Source of the DNA: an uncultured Gammaproteobacteria bacterium
GTDB lineage: Bacteria > Pseudomonadota > Gammaproteobacteria > Pseudomonadales > Azotimanducaceae
Reading direction: 5' to 3'
DNA: 64,000 nucleotides
Assembly: GCA_913045175.1 (NCBI GenBank)
Contig: CAJWQG010000008.1
Coordinates: 2,648 to 66,647 of the forward strand
The notes below the pieces were generated by a model. The model ran no database searches and was not told where the DNA came from. It saw nothing but the letters and a program-made list of their open reading frames with translations. A program made the translations under genes and the position numbers. Positions within the stretch are counted from its first letter, which is position 1, and each line of letters begins with the position of its first letter. Positions 27,665-36,718 of the stretch are shown in pieces.

Positions 27665-30511
27665 CTACCGGCGAGCCTTCTCTAGGAGCTCTATTTGTTT
27701 TTCGTTGTGGTCTTTCTGTCGCGCCTGCCAGTTGGATGGCTGGGTTACTTTACTGACCTGCACTGCAGTGACCTTGTACTCGGGACAGTTCGTTGCCCAG
27801 TCACTGTTATCCGTTGTAATAACGTTGGCGCCAGACACCGGATGGTGGAAGGTGGTGTAGACCACACCGGGTTCGACTCGCTCGCTGACCTCCGCATGCA
27901 ACACGGTTTCACCCACGCGGCTCATGATACCTACCCAGTCACCATCATTGATGCCTCGCTCCTCGGCGTCATGGGGATGAATTTCCAGTGTATCTTCGGC
28001 ATGCCACTGGGTATTTTCAGTGCGTCTGGTCTGGGCGCCCACATTGTATTGGGTGAGTATTCGCCCAGTTGTGAGTAACAGCGGGAATTTTCGCGTGGCC
28101 CTTTCATCCGTTGGCACGTAACCAGTTAACGCAAAGAAACCCTTGCCACGAACAAACTCATCCACGTGCATGACCGGTGTGCCATCAGGTGCATCATCAT
28201 TGCATGGCCACTGGATACTTCCTGCCTCGTCGATCTTTTCGTAGGTGACCCCGTGGAAAGTCGGAGTCAGTCTGGCGATTTCATCCATGATCTCGGACGG
28301 GTGCTGGTAGTCCATGTGACAACCGAGTGCATGGGCAAGGGCCATGGTCGCTTCCCAGTCTGCTTTACCACTAAGCGGAGGAATTGCGCGGCGAACCCTA
28401 GAAATACGACGCTCGGCATTGGTAAAGGTGCCGTCTTTCTCCAGGAAGGTCGCACCGGGCAAAAACACATGAGCAAATTTAGCAGTCTCGTTAAGGAATA
28501 TATCCTGTACAACTAGGCATTCTAAGGCCTGCAGCGCAGCTTCCACATGCTGGGTATTGGGGTCTGACTGGGCGATGTCCTCACCCTGGCAGTAAAGCCC
28601 CTTAAACCCGTCATCCAAGGCCGCGTCAAACATATTCGGAATTCTTAATCCCGGCTCGGAATCCAACTTCAGGCCCCAATCCTGTTCGAACGTTGACCGC
28701 ACTGATTCGTCTGAAACATGCCGGTAACCAGGGAGTTCATGAGGGAAGGAGCCCATATCGCAGGAGCCCTGAACGTTGTTCTGACCACGAAGCGGATTAA
28801 CGCCAACGCCATCGCGCCCCAGGTTTCCCGTTAGCATGGCAAGATTTGCGATACCCATGACGGCGGTTGATCCCTGGCTGTGCTCTGAAACACCCAGTCC
28901 ATAGAAAATCGCGCCATTTCCTGCGCCTGCATATAGTCGTGCTGCCTGTCTCAGATCATCCGCAGGTATGCCGGTGATCTCGGCCGTGTTTTCTGGCGAG
29001 TGTTGTTCATCAATGATGAAAGCATGCCACTTTTTGAATTGATCATCTTCGCAGCGCTCTTTAATGTAATCCGTTGCCTCTAATTCTTCACTTGCGATTA
29101 CATGGGCCAATGCATTTAGCGCAGCCACATTGGTTCCTGGTCTGACCGGCAGGTGATAATCCGCTTTGATGTGAGGCGCGTGTACCAGTTCAATTTTTCT
29201 TGGGTCGATCACGATCAGCTTCGCACCTTCACGTAATCTCCGTTTCAAGCGGGATGCAAAAACCGGGTGCGCGTCCGTTGGGTTTGCGCCCATTACAATG
29301 ATGACGTCTGCCTTCGCGACTGACGCGAATGTCTGGGTGCCAGCGGACTCTCCCAGCGTGGTTTTCAGACCGAATCCCGTTGGCGAATGGCAAACCCGGG
29401 CGCAGGTATCGATGTTGTTGTTACCGAACCCGGCGCGCACCATCTTCTGGACGAGAAATACTTCCTCGTTGGTGCATCGGGAAGAAGAGATGCCACCGAT
29501 ACTGGCCCGACCGTATTTGTCCTGTATTTCCCTAAAACGTTTCGCCGCATAGTTGACCGCCTCATCCCATGAAACTTCCCGCCATGGGTCGTGAATACGC
29601 TCCCGTATCATGGGTTTCGTGATGCGATCTTTGTGCGTGGTATATCCAAAGGCAAACCGACCTTTGACGCACGCATGACCTTCATTGGCACCGCCTTCCT
29701 TATGCGGGGTCATTCGAACCACCTGGTTACCTTGCATTTCCGCCTGAAAAGAACAACCCACTCCACAGTAGGCACAGGTGGTGGTCACCATGTGTTCCGG
29801 TTTACCTGCATCGATAATACTTTTCTCGGTAAGCGTTGCGGTCGGGCAAGCGTCAACACAGGCGCCACAGGAAACGCACTCTGATTCCATAAACGGTTCG
29901 TTCTGACCGGCGCTGATGGTTGAGTCGAAACCGCGGCCCTGCACCGTGAGCGCAAACGTCCCTTGAGTTTCTTCGCAGGCACGTACGCAACGCGAGCAGA
30001 CGATGCATTTTGATGCATCAAAGGTGAAGTAGGGGTTTGATTCGTCTTTCTCGGCTTCCAGATGGTTGGCACCCTCGTAGCCATAGCGAACATTCCTTAA
30101 GCCCAGTTCCCCGGCAGTATCCTGCAGTTCACAATCCCCATTTGTAGGGCAGGTAAGGCAGTCGAGTGGATGATCGGAGATATAAAGCTCCATCACGTTG
30201 CGACGAAGTCTGGCGATGTCATCGGACTGAGTTTTAACTGCCATGCCTTCTTCTACCGGCGTGGTGCAGGAGGCGGGGAATCCTTTGCGACCTTCAATCG
30301 CAACCAGACATACGCGGCATGATCCAAAGGTCTCCAGCTGATCGGTAGCACAAAGGCGTGGAATCTTGATGCCGGTTTCCATCGCAGCGCGCATCACCGA
30401 GGTGCCTTCCGGTACGGTGACCTCTACGCCATCAATGGAGAGCGATATTTGTTTCTCGCTCGTGCTGGCAGGGGTTCCGTAATCTTTTTGTGGTTCGTAG
30501 AATTCCAGCAT
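27665..30511 (-). CDS. fdsA: NAD-dependent formate dehydrogenase alpha (Mo-bis-MGD) subunit
   Basis: It has N-terminal 2Fe-2S/4Fe-4S modules, a MopB domain, and the CARVCHSPTG Cys-His Mo-ligand motif. There is no in-frame TGA. The start is set at ATG 30511 (MLEFYEP) after GGAGGA, 1 nt past the fdsGB stop. Confidence 0.9.
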   Translation of the reverse strand: MLEFYEPQKDYGTPASTSEKQISLSIDGVEVTVPEGTSVMRAAMETGIKIPRLCATDQLETFGSCRVCLVAIEGRKGFPASCTTPVEEGMAVKTQSDDIARLRRNVMELYISDHPLDCLTCPTNGDCELQDTAGELGLRNVRYGYEGANHLEAEKDESNPYFTFDASKCIVCSRCVRACEETQGTFALTVQGRGFDSTISAGQNEPFMESECVSCGACVDACPTATLTEKSIIDAGKPEHMVTTTCAYCGVGCSFQAEMQGNQVVRMTPHKEGGANEGHACVKGRFAFGYTTHKDRITKPMIRERIHDPWREVSWDEAVNYAAKRFREIQDKYGRASIGGISSSRCTNEEVFLVQKMVRAGFGNNNIDTCARVCHSPTGFGLKTTLGESAGTQTFASVAKADVIIVMGANPTDAHPVFASRLKRRLREGAKLIVIDPRKIELVHAPHIKADYHLPVRPGTNVAALNALAHVIASEELEATDYIKERCEDDQFKKWHAFIIDEQHSPENTAEITGIPADDLRQAARLYAGAGNGAIFYGLGVSEHSQGSTAVMGIANLAMLTGNLGRDGVGVNPLRGQNNVQGSCDMGSFPHELPGYRHVSDESVRSTFEQDWGLKLDSEPGLRIPNMFDAALDDGFKGLYCQGEDIAQSDPNTQHVEAALQALECLVVQDIFLNETAKFAHVFLPGATFLEKDGTFTNAERRISRVRRAIPPLSGKADWEATMALAHALGCHMDYQHPSEIMDEIARLTPTFHGVTYEKIDEAGSIQWPCNDDAPDGTPVMHVDEFVRGKGFFALTGYVPTDERATRKFPLLLTTGRILTQYNVGAQTRRTENTQWHAEDTLEIHPHDAEERGINDGDWVGIMSRVGETVLHAEVSERVEPGVVYTTFHHPVSGANVITTDNSDWATNCPEYKVTAVQVSKVTQPSNWQARQKDHNEKQIELLEKARR

Positions 30512-30512
30512 C

Positions 30513-32534
30513 TTATTTTCCTCCAGCGCTTTCGACACTAAAGTCGTCAAAGAAATGTTCCAGCGCACTGCGCACGGGGGAGGGCGTCAGGCCGCCCATG
30601 GCGCATAAAGACGCGTCCTCCATTGTGTCACAGAGGTCGTGCAATAAAATCAAATTTTCATCGCGGTTGTTATCCTCAACAATGCGGTCGATCACTTCTA
30701 CACCTCGGGTCGAGCCAATTCGGCAGGGCGTACATTTCCCGCAGGACTCCACGGCACAAAATTCCATGGCGAATCTAGCCTGGGCCGCCATATCGACCGT
30801 GTCATCAAATAGCACAACGCCCCCATGACCGATCATGGCATTAATAGCTGCGAAACTCTCATAATCGAGCGGTGTATCTAAAACTGCCTGGGGCAGGTAT
30901 GCGCCCAGCGGACCTCCGACCTGTATTGCTCTAACGGGTCGTCCACTGGCGGTTCCCTGACCGTAATTTTCCACCACTTCTCTAAGGCTGATGCCAAAGG
31001 GAACCTCGATTAGTCCGCCTCGTTTCACGTTGCCGGAAAGCTGAATGGCGAGTGTACCGCGCGATCGATCTGATCCCAGCTGTTCGTAAACCGACGCTCC
31101 TTTTTCCAGAATCGAGGTCATTGCTGCCAGCGTGAGCACGTTATTGACGACGGTCGGTTTGCCAAACAGTCCTTCAATTGCCGGTAGTGGAGGTTTGGCT
31201 CGCACCATCCCTCGCCTGCCCTCAATGCTGTCCAGCATCGCTGTCTCTTCGCCGCAGATATAGGCACCTGCGCCCAGTCTTACTTCAATATGAAAGTTGG
31301 TGGAAGAACCGAGAATACTGTCACCCAGGAACCCTTCGTCGGTGGCTCGTTCAATTGCGACGTTCAATATCTTTAGTGCAACGGGATATTCAGATCTGAA
31401 ATAAATGTATCCCCTGGTTGCGCCGACAGCGCGGCCAGCAATAGTCATACCTTCTATAAGTTGGTAGGGATCTGCCTCCATCAACAGGCGATCCGCGAAG
31501 GTGCCGGAGTCACCTTCGTCTGCGTTGCAGGCGATGTATTTTTGGTCCGCGGGGGTATCGAGTACTGTCTGCATTTTTATCCCCGCCGCAAATGCTGCAC
31601 CACCACGACCGCGCAGGCCCGATTCCTTTATCTGATCGACAACGTCTTGTTCGCTCATGGCGATGGCTTTGCGCAGTCCTTCGAAACCGCCCAGTCGTTG
31701 ATAGGTTTCAAGGTTTAAAGGGTCACCAACTCCTGCGCGTGCGAAGGTCACTCGCTGCTGTTTTTTGAGGTAGTCGATCTCGTCCACAATGCCGAGATAG
31801 AGAGGATGGTCGTCCGGCGCATCGATTGAACTCACTATACTTTCGACGTCGCTCGCTGTCACAGGCCCGAAACCGATACGACCCTGATCAGTGTCCACTT
31901 CCAGCAAAGGCTCCAGATAGAACAGGCCGCGCGAACCTGTGCGAACCAGCTGATTTTCCGGAAGTTGTCTTGCGACGTCATCGGCGCCTTTGGCGACCGC
32001 AGTTGTATCCATGGATAAATAGAATTTGTGGGAAGTGTTGTCCGCGGTAGTAACAGCTTGAGCCGAGTTATCGATGCCCTCGATTAGCTGGTCAAACTGC
32101 GCAGTATCGACGTGGGCGTGAATCTGGTCATCGATTCTAATGCTGGGTGAACAAGCGCAGTTACCCAGGCAATAGACGGGCTCAAGTGTAATGTTGCCGT
32201 CTGGTGTGGTTTCGCCAAACTCTACGCCCAGGGTCTTTTTCGCATGGATTTCCAGTTGTCTCGATCCCATCGCCTGGCAGGCCTCTGCACGACAGATTTG
32301 CACCACATGATTACCCAAAGGATGGCTATGGAAATCAGGATAGAAACTGATGACGCCGTGGACTTCAGCACGTGACAGATTCAGCGCGTCTGCGATTGTC
32401 GGGACAACCGAATCAGGAATGTAGCCAAGCGCCTCCTGAACGGCATGTAACAGGGGCAATAGGCCGCCTGGCAGATCATGAAACTGATCTACCATAGAGC
32501 TGATATCTACAGTTTCAGCCTGATTTGGTGGCAT
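30513..32534 (-). CDS. fdsB: Fused formate dehydrogenase gamma-beta subunit (NuoE-like 2Fe-2S domain + NuoF-like FMN/NAD/4Fe-4S domain)
   Basis: A single 673-aa ORF. Residues ~1-155 are NuoE/FdsG-like (CRAEAC..CLGNCACSP) and the rest is NuoF/FdsB-like (GLRGRGGAAF, ESCGKCTPCR). Confidence 0.85.
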   Translation of the reverse strand: MPPNQAETVDISSMVDQFHDLPGGLLPLLHAVQEALGYIPDSVVPTIADALNLSRAEVHGVISFYPDFHSHPLGNHVVQICRAEACQAMGSRQLEIHAKKTLGVEFGETTPDGNITLEPVYCLGNCACSPSIRIDDQIHAHVDTAQFDQLIEGIDNSAQAVTTADNTSHKFYLSMDTTAVAKGADDVARQLPENQLVRTGSRGLFYLEPLLEVDTDQGRIGFGPVTASDVESIVSSIDAPDDHPLYLGIVDEIDYLKKQQRVTFARAGVGDPLNLETYQRLGGFEGLRKAIAMSEQDVVDQIKESGLRGRGGAAFAAGIKMQTVLDTPADQKYIACNADEGDSGTFADRLLMEADPYQLIEGMTIAGRAVGATRGYIYFRSEYPVALKILNVAIERATDEGFLGDSILGSSTNFHIEVRLGAGAYICGEETAMLDSIEGRRGMVRAKPPLPAIEGLFGKPTVVNNVLTLAAMTSILEKGASVYEQLGSDRSRGTLAIQLSGNVKRGGLIEVPFGISLREVVENYGQGTASGRPVRAIQVGGPLGAYLPQAVLDTPLDYESFAAINAMIGHGGVVLFDDTVDMAAQARFAMEFCAVESCGKCTPCRIGSTRGVEVIDRIVEDNNRDENLILLHDLCDTMEDASLCAMGGLTPSPVRSALEHFFDDFSVESAGGK

Positions 32535-32570
32535 CAGCGCCTCGTAAAGAAAGGTCTCCGACTGACTTTA

Positions 32571-32589
32571 GCAAATCGCATTGATTTGC
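32571..32589 (-). terminator. Short hairpin (7-bp stem) just downstream of the 3-hydroxyacyl-CoA dehydrogenase stop
   Basis: GCAAATC-gcatt-GATTTGC. There is no U-run, so it is weak as an intrinsic terminator. Confidence 0.3.
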
Positions 32590-32594
32590 GCTTA

Positions 32595-33347
32595 CTACCA
32601 CTGTTTACCGATACCGCCCCGGTTGCCGAAGAATGCAGCGGGCCAGTTGCGACCGGTGATCATCGCTTTGTCGATGTCCTCTTCGGTGGCGATACCGTCC
32701 TCCACGAGCTTGTAGGCCTCTTGTCTCGCCGCACCAAAAATCCGATTGAGAATAAAGCCGCGAGTACCTGGCATGTCTTTACACATTGATACGTCACGCC
32801 TCGTCTTCTCAGCGACTGCCACCGCGGTGTCGATGGTCTCCTGCGAGGACTGAGGTGTATAAATCACCTCGCACATCGTCATGACCGGTACCGGGTTTGA
32901 GTAATGCATCCCGACCATTTGTGTCTTGCGTTCATCAGAAATTTTTTCAGCAATTTCCTGAATGACAATACCCGATGTGTTGGAGGCAAACAGCGCAGAT
33001 GGTTTGATGACTTTATCGAGCTCCGCGAAGACATCCTGTTTTAATTCGAGCTGCTCTGGAACCGCTTCGATAATCAAGTCGCAATCACTGAGGTCACCAT
33101 TGTCCGTGGTGTAACGTACTAAATCGATGGCGGTTACTGCGTTATCAAATCCAAGCTTGCCTTTTTCGACAGAGCGCTTGATCCCCCACTTACCGTCCAC
33201 AACTTCATGTCGTGTGTCGTCGATAACCTGCTGAGAAATATCCATGATTGTGACCTGGTAACCGGCCATAGCATGAATCTGCGCGATACCACCTCCCATT
33301 ACACCGCCACCCACCACGCCGACATGTTTGATGTCTTCTGGCCTCAT
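32595..33347 (-). CDS. 3-hydroxyacyl-CoA dehydrogenase family protein (short form)
   Basis: 250 aa with VGVVGGGVMGGGIAQ (Rossmann fold), NTSG and the 3HCDH N-domain pattern. The C-terminal domain looks shorter than in typical Hbd. Confidence 0.75.
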   Translation of the reverse strand: MRPEDIKHVGVVGGGVMGGGIAQIHAMAGYQVTIMDISQQVIDDTRHEVVDGKWGIKRSVEKGKLGFDNAVTAIDLVRYTTDNGDLSDCDLIIEAVPEQLELKQDVFAELDKVIKPSALFASNTSGIVIQEIAEKISDERKTQMVGMHYSNPVPVMTMCEVIYTPQSSQETIDTAVAVAEKTRRDVSMCKDMPGTRGFILNRIFGAARQEAYKLVEDGIATEEDIDKAMITGRNWPAAFFGNRGGIGKQW

Positions 33348-33436
33348 AGTAAAAACCCCTTTTTATTCGATAGTATTGAGTGTCACGAGTGTAACTAGTT
33401 TCTTTCCCAAAAGTCCTGGTTCTAGCGCAACTGATA

Positions 33437-33664
33437 CGACATTCCAAAGGAAATGATCAAGAAAACAATGACTTGCAAAGAAACTAGAGGCACAATCTTG
33501 GGTTTTGGGACAGGAACTAACTAGTGTAGTTTCTATTCACAAAGTACTGCAAAGGCCTGACTCTGCGCGTGGAGAAGCGACATTCCAAAGGAAATGGCAA
33601 GAAAACAATAACTTGCAAAGAAACCAGAGGTACGATGTTGAGTTTTCGGGTAAGAACTAGCTAA
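33437..33664. repeat. Two direct copies of an ~88-bp non-coding element (33437-33524 and 33578-33664), period 141 bp
   Basis: A hand alignment gives 74/88 identical columns with one 1-nt indel. It lies in the divergent intergenic region between 32595-33347 (-) and 33680-35275 (+). Confidence 0.8.
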
Positions 33665-33679
33665 CCAAGGGGTTCTGGT

Positions 33680-35275
33680 ATGAGTAATGATCCAGTAGAT
33701 GTACTGATAATCGGTGCCGGTGCTTCTGGCGCCGCCATGGCGTGGAGTCTTGCGGATACTCGCATGCACATCCTGTGTCTTGAGCAGGGCGATTGGACGA
33801 ATCCCGCGGACTACCCAAGCGCGGGACTTGACTGGGAGGCGCGATCGGACTTTGCCATTAGCCCGAACGTTCGCAAACGCGATACGGATTACCCCATCAA
33901 CGACAGTAACTCTCCGATTGACGTCGCCAATTTTAATGGCGTTGGCGGTGGTACGGTGCTCTTTGGAGCTCACTTTCCGCGATTCCATCCCTCCGACTTT
34001 CGCGTAAATTCGCTAGATGGTGTGGCAGATGACTGGCCCATCGATTACGACACGCTGGAATCGTTTTACTCAGAGAATGAACGGATGACGGGTGTGTCAG
34101 GGTTGTCCGGGGACCCGGCTTACCCGCCGAAACAATCGGTCATGCCACCAGTGCCTATGGGTAAATCCGGGAGGATGTTTGGAGAGGCCTTTAACAAGTT
34201 GGGCTGGCATTGGTGGCCGTCGGATGTGGCCATCGCAACCACCGACTGGGACGGGCGAGCCAAATGTATCAATCTTGGCGCCTGTGGCAGCGGCTGTGCC
34301 CAGGGGGCTAAAGGCAGTGCTGATGTGACCTATTGGCCCCATGCGGTTCGCGCGGGGGTTGAGTTGCGGACCCGTTGCAGGGTTCGCGAGATCACCGTAA
34401 ACGACGACGGTATGGCTTCCGGCGTCATCTACTACGATGAAAACGGTGACGAGCAGTTTCAGCCAGCAGAGGTTGTTGTGCTGGCATCAAATGGGGTCGG
34501 TACCCCGCGCATTTTGTTGAACTCGACTTCGACGGCGTTCCCGAATGGCCTTGCCAATTCCAGTGGCCTCGTAGGTAAGAATCTGATGTTTCATCCGTAC
34601 ACCTCTATTCAGGCTACTTTCGATAAGCCACTTGATGGTTATAAGGGCCCGCCAATGTGCCTTTGGAGTAAGGAATTTTATGAAACCGCAGAGGAACGTG
34701 GTTATTTGCGCGGCTTTACTATCGAGATGCACCGCGGTCATCGTATGGCTCGGACCGCCATTGATGGCATGCTGTCGGGTAAAATTCCCTGGGGTGAAGC
34801 CCATCATGACGCGTACCGAGGGATGTTTAACCGGATGGTAAGTATGTCCTGTATCTGTGAGGACCTTCCAGAAGAACACAATACCGTCACCCTGGATCCT
34901 GAATTGAAGGACTCTGATGGAATCCCTGCGCCAAAGATTGATTACACCATAGGAGAAAACACGCGACGCATGCTGGAGTTTGGCGGCGAGCGAGGCAGGG
35001 AAGTGATGGAGGCCGCTGGTGCAAGAGACGTCCAGGTGGTCATACCAATTGCAAAGGGCGGCTGGCACCTGATGGGAACGGCCCGTATGGGCACCGATCC
35101 GACGCGCTCGGTTGTCAACGAATGGGGGAGAAGCCATGATGTTAAGAATCTTTTCATTGTCGATGGCAGTATCTTTGTCACATCAGCCGGCGTGAATCCG
35201 ACGCACACGATTCAGGCGTTGGCGCTCTATATTGCAGATCAGATGAAGAAACGTTTGGCTAACCTGTTTGATTAA
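33680..35275 (+). CDS. GMC-family FAD-dependent oxidoreductase (gluconate 2-dehydrogenase flavoprotein-like)
   Basis: 531 aa with DVLIIGAGASGAAMA (FAD GxGxxG) and a GMC C-terminal domain (HLMGTARMG). Confidence 0.85.
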   Translation: MSNDPVDVLIIGAGASGAAMAWSLADTRMHILCLEQGDWTNPADYPSAGLDWEARSDFAISPNVRKRDTDYPINDSNSPIDVANFNGVGGGTVLFGAHFPRFHPSDFRVNSLDGVADDWPIDYDTLESFYSENERMTGVSGLSGDPAYPPKQSVMPPVPMGKSGRMFGEAFNKLGWHWWPSDVAIATTDWDGRAKCINLGACGSGCAQGAKGSADVTYWPHAVRAGVELRTRCRVREITVNDDGMASGVIYYDENGDEQFQPAEVVVLASNGVGTPRILLNSTSTAFPNGLANSSGLVGKNLMFHPYTSIQATFDKPLDGYKGPPMCLWSKEFYETAEERGYLRGFTIEMHRGHRMARTAIDGMLSGKIPWGEAHHDAYRGMFNRMVSMSCICEDLPEEHNTVTLDPELKDSDGIPAPKIDYTIGENTRRMLEFGGERGREVMEAAGARDVQVVIPIAKGGWHLMGTARMGTDPTRSVVNEWGRSHDVKNLFIVDGSIFVTSAGVNPTHTIQALALYIADQMKKRLANLFD

Positions 35276-35299
35276 GTTGTGTAAAAGGACATAGAAGGC

Positions 35300-35776
35300 A
35301 TGAGTACGATCGCGACCGACAATCCATTTTCCGGGGAAAACATCCAGACCCTGGCGACGCTGGTGGGTATGATGATTCCAGCGAGCGAAAAATATGGTGT
35401 GCCGGGTGCTGATGATGAGAGTATTGTGGCGGAGATTATCGCCGCTGCCCGGGACCAGTCGGCAATAATTGTCGAAGTCCTGGACGCCCTCAATAAGAAG
35501 GCTCAGGATGAAGGAGGCGGATCGTTCGCCGATCTGACGGGTGACCTGCGCATGACTATTGTTGATCGGTTCAAAGAAACTGCTGCAGACACTGTTACGA
35601 ACCTGGTGACACTGACGGCTCAATGCTATTACCGAGATCCTCGCGTTATGGAGTCTCTGGGCATGGAACCACGTCCGCCTTTTCCTGAAGGATTTGAGGT
35701 GGAGCAGGGCGACTGGTCGATACTCGATCCGGTGCGAGATCGGGGAAGGATCTGGCGAGATCCACCAGGCGAATGA
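35300..35776 (+). CDS. Small subunit accompanying the GMC oxidoreductase (gluconate 2-dehydrogenase subunit-3-like); no obvious Tat signal
   Basis: 158 aa, 24 nt downstream of the GMC gene. LVGMMIP..GVPGADD and QCYYRDPRVMESLG resemble the PF13618-type consensus from memory. Confidence 0.45.
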   Translation: MSTIATDNPFSGENIQTLATLVGMMIPASEKYGVPGADDESIVAEIIAAARDQSAIIVEVLDALNKKAQDEGGGSFADLTGDLRMTIVDRFKETAADTVTNLVTLTAQCYYRDPRVMESLGMEPRPPFPEGFEVEQGDWSILDPVRDRGRIWRDPPGE

Positions 35777-35778
35777 AT

Positions 35779-35884
35779 GTTGAGATGTAGTGGACGTTGG
35801 GATGTAGTGGACGTTGGGATGTAGTGGACGTTGAGATGCAGTGGACGTTGAAATTGGCAATGGACGTTGAGGTTTGTAGTGGAT
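35779..35884. repeat. Tandem array of a 17-bp unit GTTGRGATGYAGTGGAC: 4 near-perfect + 2 degenerate 19-bp units
   Basis: Read directly from the sequence. Units lie at 35779-95, 35796-812, 35813-29, 35830-46, 35847-65 and 35866-84. The array starts 3 nt after the stop at 35776 and runs into the start of the next CDS. Confidence 0.9.
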
Positions 35885-36718
35885 GTTGAAGTATTAAGCG
35901 GCGTGGGCGCCGAGATCACGGGCGTCGAGGTGACGAACCTTACTGCGGTGGAGTTTACGGATATTCAGAAAGTCTTTGCACAGCAGGGTCTGGTTTTCTT
36001 CCGCGATCAGTCCCTGGATGAAAAGCAGCATATTGAATTTGCCCAGCTCTGGGGAGCAATCAACGTCAATCGGTTTTTTGCTCCGCACGAGAAGTACCCA
36101 CAGATCGCAATGGTTACCAAGGAACCGGACCAGAAGCAGAACATTGGCGGTAGTTGGCATACAGACCATTCTTACGATACAGAACCTGCCCTGGGTTCAA
36201 TCCTGGTGGCGCGCGAGGTGCCAAAAAGAGGGGGCGATACCTGGTTTACCAATATGTACAAGGCCTTTGAGGCCTTGAGCCCGGGTCTGCAGGAGACATT
36301 GCTGGGCTTGAATGCCGTACATTCTGCCCATCTCGCGTTTGGCACGAACTCCGCGTATAAGGAGGTGACAGATGACCGGGTTGGCAATGCTGAAGTGGCT
36401 GACGCGTTAGAGGATGTTGTTCATCCGGCGGTGATTACCCACCCCCTTAGCGGCCGGAAGGCCTTATATGTGAATCCTGGTTTTACCCGTCGATTTGATG
36501 GATGGAGCACTGAGGACTCGTTACCCGTACTGAAACACCTTTATGCAGTGGCCGGAAATGAAGCGTTTATTACGAAATTTCGCTGGCGCCCCGGATCAAT
36601 TGCCTTCTGGGATAACCGGGCGACCTGGCACAGCGCACAGAATGATTACCAGGGTGACCGAAGGGTAATGCACAGAATAACGATTGAAGGCTGTGCGCTG
36701 GAAGCCGGCGCTTCATGA
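35867..36718 (+). CDS. TauD/TfdA-family Fe(II)/2-oxoglutarate dioxygenase
   Basis: 283 aa with WHTDHSY (H-x-D), a distal His and Arg (WHSAQNDY..DRRVMHRITI), and GAEITGVEV near the N-terminus. The only candidate starts are non-ATG (TTG 35867 or GTG 35879), and both lie inside the repeat array. Confidence 0.8.
   Translation: MRFVVDVEVLSGVGAEITGVEVTNLTAVEFTDIQKVFAQQGLVFFRDQSLDEKQHIEFAQLWGAINVNRFFAPHEKYPQIAMVTKEPDQKQNIGGSWHTDHSYDTEPALGSILVAREVPKRGGDTWFTNMYKAFEALSPGLQETLLGLNAVHSAHLAFGTNSAYKEVTDDRVGNAEVADALEDVVHPAVITHPLSGRKALYVNPGFTRRFDGWSTEDSLPVLKHLYAVAGNEAFITKFRWRPGSIAFWDNRATWHSAQNDYQGDRRVMHRITIEGCALEAGAS

Noticed and set aside
27665-30568. Longer FdsA start (MRWNISL...) and possible selenocysteine.
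   Set aside because: ATG 30511 has a GGAGGA RBS and begins right after the fdsGB stop. There is no in-frame TGA, and the Mo ligand position is Cys (CARVCHSP).
33455-33526. 23-codon small ORF (MIKKTMTCKETRGTILGFGTGTN) inside copy A of the 88-bp repeat.
   Set aside because: A 1-nt indel in copy B breaks the frame (MARKQ-stop) while nucleotide similarity continues. Conservation is therefore not at the protein level.
35779-35884. Possible CRISPR array.
   Set aside because: The units are contiguous 17-19-bp repeats with no spacers, and there are no cas genes in the window.
35183-35919. Minus-strand ORFs with reiterated peptide STTSQRPLHLNVHYIPT.
   Set aside because: The periodic peptide is an artefact of translating the 17-bp tandem array (3 units = 51 bp). 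The ORFs also overlap real plus-strand genes.
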